A stretch of 64,000 nt of DNA from the human T2T-CHM13v2.0 reference genome, Homo sapiens. Positions within the stretch are counted from its first letter, which is position 1, and every line of letters begins with the position of its first letter. This document shows, in pieces, positions 42,364-53,416 of the stretch. The position numbers were made by a program, and so were the translations under genes. The DNA lies in assembly GCF_009914755.1 (NCBI RefSeq), contig NC_060925.1. One strand, given 5' to 3'. A model generated the notes under the pieces. That model was not told where the DNA came from and made no database searches. It saw only the letters and a program-made list of their open reading frames with translations.

Positions 42364-42888
42364 TGTCAAACCCAAAATAATTGAAAGGATCAGAATTTAG
42401 TTCTAAAGAGTATTCAAATGCAAGCCATCGGGTAACATAGACTAGCCACCAGGTAACGTAGACTCCAAAGGAACGGGTCAGAGCTCTGAAGTTGAAAGGC
42501 TAAGGTCTTGCTTGTATAGGCAGAAAGCAAATAAATTTAACAGGATTGAAACGTTTTCCGTAGAAGGTTGGTTTATGAGTTACAGCAATCTAATTAGTTA
42601 CAGCTTGCTTTATTTTCCTTTCCCACTTATATATATATATATAATTGATCTATGATGAAAATCAACAGTGAAGAGGGAAGGGGTCTTCTCTGGAACCTTT
42701 TGGTCTATTACAATATTTTACAAAACAATGTAGACAAATAAAGGGCTAATCTATGACAGAGGAAAAAAGCTACAGCTGCCTGGGTTATAGCTGCCTGTCA
42801 TGTGACTCAGGTCTCATCACCGCATTCCTTTAAGACTCAAAATAATTTAAAATTCCAACAGCTTGATTTTGAATTACTTATTTTCACA
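42364..42888 (-). mobile_element. ERV1 solo LTR (LTR24-like) inserted in a MIR
   Basis: Minus strand tgtgaaaataagtaattcaaaatc..tttgaca; flanks ggct/ggtt; MIR continues 42889-43070. Confidence 0.7.
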
Positions 42889-44047
42889 GGTTTGAATTCT
42901 GTATCTGCTCTCACCAGGGTGTAACTTTCAAGGAACTCCTGCCTGTTCTCTCTCAGCCCGGTTTTCACTTTTGTATAATAAGGTCATTAATAGCACCAGT
43001 TTCAGGATTCTAGTGAGGATGGCACAAGGCCTCATACATAGTGAGAACCCAGTAAGTGATGGTCGCTTTTGTAACTTACATATGACTCCCACATTCCACC
43101 CTTCCCCACCCCCTTGTGATTCTCAAAGAAATAGTGCTTTTTAAGTGGCCATGTCCCAATTAGAATAATGGCTTATGTGCATGATGACATGATAAATCCA
43201 GCTCTCTTGGAATTTGCTTCCTTTTCTCATGGGTTGGTTCCAGGGTCCTGGGGTATTCTGAAAGGCTCAGCTGACAAGGTTCTGGCTGGGCTCTGCCTCA
43301 TTAAGTTAGCTGCCTGAAGACATTAGCAAAGTGTTTCCAGGATGTTCATTACAGCCCCCTCTCCCTCCACATGCTTGACACCCCTCTATTTTCTTAGCGT
43401 CTTGCAGCAGCAACAATAGCACCTGCTGGTGACCTTGCTGGGGGCCTCTGAGCCATTTCTGGATCCCTCTCTTTCTAAATGCTCCAGGCTTTGCACATGT
43501 GCACGTTATGTTTCTGCTTCTGTGGGGCCACTCTCTGAGCACACTGTCCCATTCCTTAACATACTGTTTCTTCAGAACATTTCAATAGTGTCTCGGGAAG
43601 AGATAACAAACACCATTGCAGAGAAGGATCCTAGTTAGGTGTACTGTCAGCGTGGTGGGTTTTTAGGGGTGGGGCAGGAACTGGAAGGAGCAAAATGGAA
43701 AGACTATCAGTGGACAAAGAAGATGCAGATGGTGAGGAAGATCCCTCTCCACTCCCTCCATCCCCCCTTCCACCCAAGACTCCTCCTAAAAAAGGGAGTT
43801 CAGCTTCCTAATAATGAGCCATTGCTCATGGTGGCTGGAAGAGGTTCCTTCTCTCCTCTTCCCACTCTGGGAAAACATACACTTTCCAAACACTCTCACC
43901 CAGAGCACTTTTGATACCAGATGTGTGGGTTTTTTCTGAACCCTGACCAATTCTCCAACAACCAGCTGGGTGCCCTGACAAATGCATATTAAACAAACAG
44001 GTATGTAACATACAACCCATGTTCACTTTGGGGTGGAGACTTAACAT

Positions 44048-44290
44048 TGTAAACTAAAAATAAAATTCTAAGGCCCCCTAACCATCTAAATGGACTTCCT
44101 CCTCAGCCAGGGCACTCTTAAATGTTAACCTGAAAGACTGGTTCAGGCCATGATGGGAAGTGGGGATCGGACCTGCCTCATTATACCTCTCCAGCATTAA
44201 AATCAACACAGACTTTAAGTCTGATAAGAAATATTTTACAACCTATTTTCTCTAAAGCCTACTACCTGAAGGCTTCCTCTGCAAATAAGG
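44048..44290 (+). mobile_element. MER4-like LTR 5' half
   Basis: tgtaaactaaaaataaaattctaaggccccctaaccatctaaatggacttcctcctcagccaggg.. Confidence 0.75.
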
Positions 44291-44524
44291 ACCACCTTCA
44301 TGAACATTCATAGTTTCTCCTGTAACCTGCTGAACATGTGTGTTTGACTAACCTGTTCCACTTAAATTCCTGTCTTACCTCTCCCTCCTTTGAAGTGCCT
44401 GTCTCTGGTCTTTGCTGCAGGCTACATTTCCCAGCCTGCAAGATGGTCACCTTGCAGGGTGTACCCTTTATAAGAAATAAAGTCTCCTTTCCAAAATTAC
44501 AATTCTGTGATTTTTCAGTTAACA
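44291..44524 (+). mobile_element. MER39-like LTR 3' part
   Basis: Reverse-complement match to 33260-33458; aataaa and ..ttaaca end. Confidence 0.75.
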
Positions 44525-44562
44525 CACTTTCCTTACACTTACAGATTTATTGTAAAAGATAT

Positions 44563-45324
44563 TTTTGGGGCTCAGAAATTGATACCCTCAAAAACTGGCA
44601 CTTTGACATGCTGAGCAGTTTTAAAAGCTGCCCTAGAATCAAAGTTCCTCTAACCATGTCTTGTTTCCCATCTCCACCTCCAGGCGTAAGCAGGGGACTC
44701 TCTTTCGAATTTCCTTATCTGACCAAGAGAGCTTCTTTCTAAAAGAAACAGTGTCTTAAACTCCCTTCCTAGAATTTCTTTTTTAACTTAACTTTTATTT
44801 TAAGTTCAGGGGTACCTGTGCAAGTTTGTTACAGAGATAAACTTGTGTCATGGGGGTTTGTTGTACAGATTATTTTGTCAACCTGGTATTCCATTAAATA
44901 ACTAGGAACTATCAACCACTGGAGAAGAGAAGACTGGGAGTCATCACCATGCCCAGACAAATTTTTGTCAATTCTTCTGAGCGCAACTTGAAGAAATTAC
45001 CTGGGAACTTTATCTGCAAAATCAAACAACTTTTGTCTCTGTGCAGCTCCACCCCCACCTTCCTCTGGGGTTTGCCTCCTGCCAGCCCTAATGATTTACT
45101 GCCCTGCAAAAGAATTGTCTACCTATCCTACCTCCTCCTCCCTATGAAAAAGGGTATATGAGCTTCTGTACCACTCCAGGTTCTTGGGCAATCCTTCTTA
45201 TGTGCTATGCACATTAAAATAAAATTGTGTATGTCTTTTCTCTTGTTCATCTACTTTTTCCCAGTTGATTTTTCAGTGAACCTTTAGAAGGCAAAGGAGA
45301 GGTTTTCCTCTGGCTTCTACAACA
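44563..45324 (+). mobile_element. ERV1 LTR (LTR48/LTR49-like) with an antisense L1PA 3' tip at ~44775-44890
   Basis: ttggggctcagaaattgataccctcaaaaactggcactttgacatgctgag start; ..ctacaaca end; L1 tip aacttttattttaagttcaggggtac.. Confidence 0.65.
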
Positions 45325-45739
45325 TTACATCTATAAGAGAGGTTCAGAAAGGTCCCAAACACAGGAGCTTCTGTTGTTGTGGAGTTGGGGTGCACCATCC
45401 TCCTGGCACATGGATGCTTCACCAGCCAGGAAGCTCATCAAACCTCGGTGTTCAAAGTTTTTGTAGAGCTCAACCTCCCCCAATTTCCCACTCTACCACC
45501 AGCCTTCCCAGAGGTCAGAAGGTAGGGTTGAAAGTTCCAACTCCCTAATTGCCTGGTCTTTTTGGTGACTAGCCCCATCCTGAGGCTTTCTAGGGACCCC
45601 TTCCTAAGTCCCCTCACCACCATAAACTCAGATGTGATATGAAAGGGGCTCCTATCCTCAGGAAATTCCAAGGGTTTTAGGAGCTCTGTGCCAGGAGCCA
45701 GGGGCAAAACCCAAATATTCTTCTTATTGTACCACACCT

Positions 45740-46187
45740 CCATCAGCCAGGCTTGCTTTTTCTGGTGTCAAAAGCAACTTCTAGCTGCCCTCATTGCTCA
45801 TTGTATACTAATTATAATACATTTACATAAAGTACCCCCACCAGCACCAAGACAGTTAACAAATGCTGTCACAATGATCTGAAAGTTACCTTATAGGTTT
45901 TGGGAGCTCCCCGCCCATTTTCCAGAAAGTTTGTGAATAATGCACCCCTTATTTAGCATACAAATAAGAGCGGGTATAAATACAGCTAGCCAGCAATCCA
46001 TGAGTGCCACTCTGGGCCACTGTGCCTGTGGGGTAGCCCTGTTCTTTCTATGGAGCTGTCATTTTGCTGTACATTATTTCTCTAATAAATTTGTTTTCTT
46101 CACTGTCTGCTCACTCTTGAATTCTTTCCTAAGTGAAGCCAAGAACCCTCCTGGGCTAAGCCCCAATTTGGCAGTTTGTTTGCATCA
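45740..46187 (+). mobile_element. MER41-like LTR (3' two-thirds)
   Basis: cccaccagcaccaagacagtt..tataaata..aataaa..ttctttcctaagtgaagccaagaaccctcctgggctaagcccc..catca. Confidence 0.75.
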
Positions 46188-46450
46188 ATTCCCACCCTTG
46201 AAATTTTCCTCACTAGTTCAGCTACAATGCTACTGACTCTATGAACAGAGTGGTTGTTGCTATTATTGCTTATGAGTCATCATGAACGTAGTAACAATGG
46301 CTTCCCCTCTCCAGGTGGCCAAAAGAGAAATCCAGGAAATAGATTGAATGAGATAATGGATGTAAAAGTGTTTTGTAAGTTGTAAATCAGTATATATATT
46401 TGTCATATATATATAATCTATATCTTTATATATCTCAATGGTTGTTGTAG

Positions 46451-46893
46451 TGTGAAAGTTGTCAGAATCAAAATGGGGTCACTAATATTTAAAAAAATAC
46501 TGACAAATAGAGCCAGGGAAGGCTATAAAGAGAGGATTCTCACACTTGTATACCTAACAACAAAAACTATCACAAAAATTTTGCCAAAACCATACTTTGT
46601 ACAAAGGTCTTCACAACCTTACACAAAAGAATACTTCCACAAGGACATCTGCCAAGCAACTGCTTGTCCAACCTCAATTGGTATCACCCTTCTTATTAAT
46701 CTTTGTAGCCAAGGATAATTATGTCAGAATAATTATGTAATCCCATTTTTTTCCTTTGAAAACCTTTGTCTCCCTTTACCTCCCTGACTACATACATAGT
46801 TTACTATAGCACACGTATTCCCATTGCAATGCCCTATTCCTGAATAAACATCCTTTTCTTTGAGAGAGCCTCTCTCTGTTATTTAGGTTGACA
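46451..46893 (+). mobile_element. MER65-like ERV1 solo LTR
   Basis: tgtgaaagttgtcagaatcaaaatgg..ttaggttgaca; perfect 4-bp TSD gtag. Confidence 0.82.
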
Positions 46894-47639
46894 GTAGCAA
46901 AGGATATTCTTTATCTTTTCTTGTTTACCTCTTCTCTCTGGGCTTCTCTCTGAATAGAAATGAGTTTCTATTCAGCAGTGCTGTGGATGGACTAAAAGCT
47001 TTACAGGTGCAACTCACCTCATGGAGTAGATGGCAGGGTAGGAAATGAAGCTGTGATATAGACCATCCATGGTGCATAATAGATACTCAATGAATATTTG
47101 TTGCATGAATAAGTAGAGAAGAACAGAAATGTGTTTCATGAGAGGCACAGATATGGGCTTGAAAGCTTTAACATTCCAATGCTTGCCAGGCAGATGCCAC
47201 CAAGACAAACCTGGCTGAGCAGAAGATGCTGCAGACAAAGCTCTCCACTCGGCAGCACTGGTGTCAGAGTACTTCAATTTGAGGTGTGGACATTGGGCCC
47301 AAGCTGACTGGGCAAAAGCACTCTAACTATAAGCAAGTTACTCCATACAAAAATTTGATTGAAATTCCAGCTTAAATTTAAAACTACAACAAAAAAGAGA
47401 ATCCCATTAGTGTTGTGTGTATGTGTATGTTTTTAACAAATACCCACATTTGGTACTTACTATATTTACTAGCTCTGATGCGTGCTCCCCCTCTTCTCCT
47501 GGGTTTATGGGTAAGGACTAAGTTTCTTAGGTAAAAGATTTCAATGTAGATCTTCAAACTCTCATCGAGATAGCTGGCTTAGAAGCAACTAACCCCTAAA
47601 AGAAAATTTTAAAATCTTAAAGAAAATTATAGCATTATT

Positions 47640-47910
47640 ATTACAGGCTAACATGTACTGAGCTCTTGCAATGAGCATGCACTTGGATGAAGTGTATTAC
47701 ATCGATTGTTTCATTAATCTTCCCAACACCTTCAAAGATGTGAGTATTATTTATACTTTTATCACTGTGTATAACTATTTTAAAGATAAGAAAACTGAGG
47801 CTTGGAAAGATGAAGTGTCTGGCCCAAGGGTCCCACAACTACTGATGGACAGAGCCCAGGATGAACTTGGGCCTGACTCTAGTGCCCAAGCCATTGGCCT
47901 TAAGCACAAT
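47640..47910 (-). mobile_element. MIR
   Basis: Core tttaaagataagaaaactgaggcttggaaagatgaagtgtctggcccaagggtcccac. Confidence 0.7.
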
Positions 47911-48064
47911 ACTTGTTACATTGTCCCTGGGACAATATCAGCTCTGGGCTTCTTATTTTAAGAAAATTTTAAGTAAGTAGAGTGAATTCACAGGCTATGG
48001 CAAGGGAGAACCAAACAATGTCATCCATGTAACTGTAAAGCATCTGGGGATGTTTTACCTAGAA

Positions 48065-48291
48065 CAGGGTCTCTCGAAACTGGCATGTTGACATTTGGGG
48101 CTGGGTTGTTTTTTGTCAGTGAAAGCCCTGTCCTGTGCATTTTAGGATGTTTAGTAACACCCCTGGGCTCTAACCACTCGATGCCAGCAGCACACTCTCC
48201 CACAGTTGTGACAGCCCCAAATATCTCCTACATTACTGAATGTCCTCTGCATGGGCAAAGGACCCACCCAACCTACATCTGAGAACCACTG
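48065..48291 (+). mobile_element. MER20 (hAT-Charlie) DNA transposon
   Basis: cagggtctctc..ttgacatttggggctgg..gatgccagcagcac..gagaaccactg; terminal CAG/CTG. Confidence 0.85.
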
Positions 48292-50052
48292 ACTTGGAGC
48301 AATGAAGGCTCAGGAGAACATACTGTCATCAGATATTTAAAAGGCTGTCTCAAGATGTATGATCTTGATGAGGACCCTGAGAAGTCACTTTGATTCAGAA
48401 GCATTGGGTCTTCCTCTGAAATTTGGTGCATGGGTAAGAGTTAGCTAGAAGAGGGAAGCCTGGAAAGAAAAATTCCCCAAACAGAAGTGGGCCTGGCCAG
48501 AGAGCCAGAGTGGAGTCATGAGACTACAGCAGCAGGAGCCATGGGATCCCATTCATTGAATATTTTGTGTAAGGTTTAGGTTATCAGATAATGAGGAGGC
48601 GCAAGATTTAGTCTTTTTCCCCCTCTGGATATTTAGATGGGTTTCAGTAAATTTATTTTTTTACTTCTTGTATTTATTCAATGCATATTTATTTGGTGCT
48701 TACTATGTATATCATTATATTGAATGGAATTATCTCTTTCCACCCCCAGGGCCTGGCACATGATAGATGTTCAGTAAGTGCTTGTCGAACATGCTCTTGA
48801 ATTGATTAAGAAGGAAAATTGCTTGTGAAAATAAGGCCTTCTTGGAAATGTTTTTTTTTTATTGCTTTTCATCCTACCAAGATGTTACTTATCAGTGGGT
48901 GGGCTGCCTTCTGATGACATTTGATGGTCTAGTCATATAAGTACTCTGGATCTATGATGAAAATGCAATGAATTTCTATTGACCAACCTATTTAACTCCC
49001 TAAATGTTTAACATCCTCCGGTGTTCCTTGGTGTGGCAGAATTTCGTGGAAATAGAATCTGAGGAAGTTTTGCCAATTGGTAGTATGGATGTGGTTGGGG
49101 ATGGATGGGAATGAGTACAGTACAATGTCATGCTCCCTCTGAGGTTGGAGGCAGTTCTGTAGGTGGAGCATGACTCAGAAATGGGCATTCACTTGAGACA
49201 GCGGAGATAGGGGCTCAGGAAAGAAGCCAGAAGCTCATACACTAGAGATAAAATCATGTCGGCAGGCCTATGCAAGGAACAAATAAGAAACATTTCTATT
49301 TGTATTGGCTTTTCATAAGAAAATAATGTTACATTTTGTTCTGGCTATAAAAACTGTTGAATGATTATTGTAGGAAAAAGGTAGAGCATAAAGTAGAAAA
49401 CAAGAATCAACTCTTACTCCTTTGCCCCAGAGATTACAGCTGTTAACATCCTAATGCATTTCTTTGCAACTTTTTTTGTACACATATGACCTCTTAGTGT
49501 ATTATGAACACTTTCCCATGTCATTAAAAGTGAAACTGAGTGGCTGAAAAATATTTTATTTGGTATTTCACCATTGCTTCTTTAACCTTGTGCTTGTTTT
49601 CCAATTTTCAGTTATAAATAATGTTGCAATATGGAAAATTTTTGTCTTCAGGAAGTCAGCATGGGGTTAGGGAGATGCTGGCTCTAAACAGCATACACTC
49701 CTAGGATTTGAGAGGAAGGGGGATATGAAGGGCATCATCCAGCCGCAGAAAATTACCCTATTCTAAGAGTGTTGTTGCTGAGGCTAAGGTGTCTCCCATT
49801 TGGAAGGTCTCCGTGTGCCACAGGGTGTAGTCTTTGTGTTTATTGCATGCTATAGGCTCTTCGGAGATGTGCAACATTAGCCTTGTTTCCAAGCTTCCAT
49901 TGTGGAGATTTACTAAATCTCATAAAGATTAGGATGTGCAATATGGTAACCGAATAAGAGAAGAGTCAAAGAGCAAGAAATGTGAATGCTTTTTCAGTGC
50001 TATGTTAGCAGAGGATGACCTTAGCAGATCTCTCCCCATAGTGTTGCAGGTG

Positions 50053-50808
50053 TGTAGTATAATAAAAAATATGTTTGGTCTTTGTCCATAGTTCTTGACA
50101 CAAACCCTTAGAATTTCCCTAATGATAGGAGTATCTTTTATTACTCATAAGGAGTCCCTTTGACCATGCCTGAGTTTATGCTAATAAGGTGACTCTTGGT
50201 GGGCTTCTTGACAGCTTCAGGGTGAGGACAGGTGGCCAGGGGAACTCATCATGTGATTTGAGGGTGGGAACTTTCAGCTCCACTCCCTGACCTCCTGGGA
50301 GGAGGTGATGGGTTACGTTCAGTCCTGTGGCCTGTGATTTAATTGATGTAATAAAATTTTGATAGAAACAGTGAAACAATGAGGCTAAGAGAGCTCTGTG
50401 TTGGTGAACACATAGATGTGCTAGGAGGTGGTGTATGCCCAGATTCCACAAGGAGAGGGTATGGAAACTCTGCACCCTTACCCTCATCCACCATACCTGC
50501 CTTGTGCATCTCTTCCATTTGGCTGTTTCTGAGACATATTCTTTTAAACAAAATCCTGAGTTCAGCGTTCATTCTAACAAATTATCAAATGTGATGTGGG
50601 GTTGTAGGAACTTCCAATTTTATAACCCATTGGGCAGAAGTGTGGGTGGTTCATGGGATTTTCTATAGGCATAAAAAGTGAAAGCTTGGTGGGACTGAGA
50701 CCTTCACCTGTGGGGTCTGCACTAACTCCAGGGAGTTAGTGCCAGAACTGAACTGAAATGTAGGGCAGCCAGTTGGTGTTGGAGAACTGGTTGTTGTCGG
50801 AGCTACAC
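50053..50808 (+). mobile_element. MER21C-like LTR
   Basis: tgtagtataataaaaaatatgtttggtctttgtcc..ccttagaatttccctaatgataggag.. Confidence 0.75.
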
Positions 50809-50888
50809 AGGGTGCATCAGGCCACTTAGCTTCTCACTTGCAATCAGCCTGCCTGCTCTGCTTTCTTCTGATTCTACTCTTTCCAACC

Positions 50889-51514
50889 TGTGAACCCTGA
50901 AAGAGCCAATCCTTCAAGAAGGATCATGACTGGCTAACTGGGCCTAAATTCAAAATGAGGTCAAGGTGCCATTCACTGTCTAGAGGTCACACACATACTT
51001 CGTGTTCTGGAAAAAACACCTGCTCACATAACTTTGAGACTCTCATATCTGTCTTACTGTTTATGCTGCCTGAATCAATGACTGCCAGCACTTGGACCTA
51101 ACCAATAGACTGTGACCTATGGCCAATCTTATTTATTTATTTAAACAAATTGAGACAGGATTTCACTACATTATGCAGGCTGGATTTGAACTCCTGGACT
51201 CAAGCAATTCTCTTGCCTCAGTCGCCAAAGTAGCTGGAACTACAGGCATATGCCAATGTGCCTGGCTATCTAGTGATGATTTTAACATCAACCAATGAGA
51301 ATTAGGCAAGCTTGCATTCTTCATTTGCATAGAAGACTGGAGTGGGAACCTGGGAAGAAACTTTTTTTTTTTTTAATAAAGGACAACCCCTCTCTTTGTT
51401 CTGACAGAGTGTACCTTTGTTTTGTTATAGGTTACATCTCCCCAATTTGCAAGCTGTTCATGGAAATAAAGTCTTTCTCAACCTAATATTTCTTTCTCAG
51501 TAGTTTTGTTAACA
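50889..51514 (+). repeat. 5' LTR with antisense FLAM insertion (~51128-51267)
   Basis: Collinear with 59759-60221 except for the Alu monomer; aataaa at ~51465. Confidence 0.9.
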
Positions 51515-51519
51515 TTTCT

Positions 51520-51537
51520 TGGTGTCAGAAGAGGGAA
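51520..51537 (+). promoter_or_regulatory. Primer-binding site, tRNA-Leu type
   Basis: tggtgtcagaagagggaa vs complement of the tRNA-Leu 3' end tggtgtcagaagtgggat (16/18), 5 nt after the LTR. Confidence 0.8.
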
Positions 51538-51818
51538 CTGAAGCAATCCTTGATCCTCCTATCGATGCCATTCTGAACCCATGCATTGGTACCTGTAAGA
51601 GCCCCTTGAACTCAGTTGTCTTCCTGGTGGCACCAGGAGATCTCAGGTAAGTCCTCTTGGATCCAGACCTCCCATGCCTTCTGGTTGAGGTCTTGGGGAC
51701 TTTATCTCACTTTAGGGAGGAACCCTTTTATTTGGTTTATAGACCCAATCCATAATGTTTTGTGAGGACACTCACACTTAAATTGCACCAGAAGAGATGC
51801 CTTCAATAGGTATGTGCA

Positions 51819-53416
51819 ATGAGTAACTCATGTTCTGTCTTCCTCTGATGATCAGCCACCTTTGGCACTCCAGCTGGTTTCATAAGCAAAAATTATGGTC
51901 CAGAAAGTTGAACCAAATTGGTTGAGCCTCTGGACAAAAATCACCCAGGATAGTCTTAAACTTTGCTGGCCAAAGTGGGGCTCCTTCTAAATTTTGAAAT
52001 GTATCTATCTGCACACATAATTGGAACAAAGAAAACACATAACCTCCCAGAGACAACACGAGGCTTTCTTTAATTGGTACTTTGAAAGTTCTACATGAAA
52101 CCGAGAGGCTACTATTGCCTCTCTTAGAGAAGACAATTCCAAATTAAGATCCATTTAATAAATTAGAAAAGTTAGAATAAATTTAATAAATTAGAGATTA
52201 ATAAATAGAAATTAAATAAAATTAATAATTAAATAAAATTAATAAATTAGAAAAAGAGACTAGTGTACTCAAAACTGAAACTAAACTTGCTACAACACAC
52301 TGTAAGATTCTTTTTCCTCTTACCCTTGTGCCTATGAGATCAAAACCAAAGCCATTGAAACACCTCTGGAAGACACTTCTTCCACTAGCATCCTCTTACC
52401 TGCCACCCTGCCTGCCTTCCACACTTTCCACCACCTCCACTTTGTTCTTCACTCCTCCTTTCTTCTTGTACTCTTTCTGAACTCCCCTTTTTCTCCTCCC
52501 TTGATATTCCCACTTCCTCCAATACAGCTGACTTTTCCAGCCCTTCTTTGATAGCCTCCTTTAAGGTCCAAACAATGGGAAATGGAAACCAACAAAATGC
52601 ATGCATACACCAATTGGGCTAAGTCAGAATTTCTGGCCCTGCTAAGAGACTTCCCTAATCCTAAAACCAACTCTTTTGAATTCAAACATTTTAGTCTAAT
52701 CATCAGAACTTATTAACCTGGATTTTCCAACTCATGTGTTGGAAACCTGGATTTTATCAACTCATCCGTGTACTTGCGGGAAATGTTTTGGGTAGAGAAT
52801 GGGTGCTAGCTGCTGAATGGGATAGCCCCCTAGAGGACTTTAAACTGGCTTGTGTTCAAGGATTTTAAAAGGCACAGAAACAGCCTGCCAGATTACTAAA
52901 AGCCATTCTCCTAATTTTTTTCCCACCAAGTAAACTGGAAAGCCTTATAGCACTGTACATAGAAAAAGGACAAACCTGTCTTTGATTATTTGTTAAATTT
53001 GAACAAACTTTCCAACAAAATTTAGAGATCACAGACTTAAATAATGAAATGCTCAATTCATTTAATTCCATTTTTTTGTGGCCAATCTTTCTGAAGTCCT
53101 CAATACCCTAGTAAAACAGCATGACTTTAATTGAGGTGCAAAACAACCCCATGAAATAGCCTGTTCCGCCAATCAAGTATCCAAAACTTTAGAAAAGGAC
53201 AAAGAATCTACAGCCACTTGAGCCTTAGATTGTCAAGAAAAGACTACCAAGTTAATGGCCCTTCAGCTACAACAATTAGGGATTCCTCCAAAATGTCCTC
53301 TCCTCAAAATTAAAATTAAAAAACCCTGCTTTTTCTACAAACGCACTAAACATTTTAAGAAGGATTACCCCAGATGTAAATAATGGCTAAAGATAAATGC
53401 CGATAAAGCTACTTGG
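51819..53416 (+). pseudogene. gag: gag remnant
   Basis: MA-like WPKWGSF (~51967); Pro-rich pyrimidine tract; NC knuckle C-FF-Y-KRTK-H-FKKD-Y at 53327-53368; multiple stops and frameshifts. Confidence 0.8.

Larger units (their letters stand above)
43870..45736 (-). mobile_element. MER21-like LTR hosting nested MER39-like, MER4-like and LTR49-like LTRs and an L1 fragment
   Basis: MER21-like pieces at 43870-43975, 44525-44562 and 45325-45736; the last is antisense-similar to 50053-50500. Confidence 0.7.

Noticed and set aside
45900-45935. STAT1/GAS site in the MER41-like LTR
   Set aside because: ttccagaaa does not fit TTCNNNGAA spacing
51520-51537. tRNA-Leu gene
   Set aside because: Only the 18-nt complement of the tRNA 3' end (PBS); no cloverleaf
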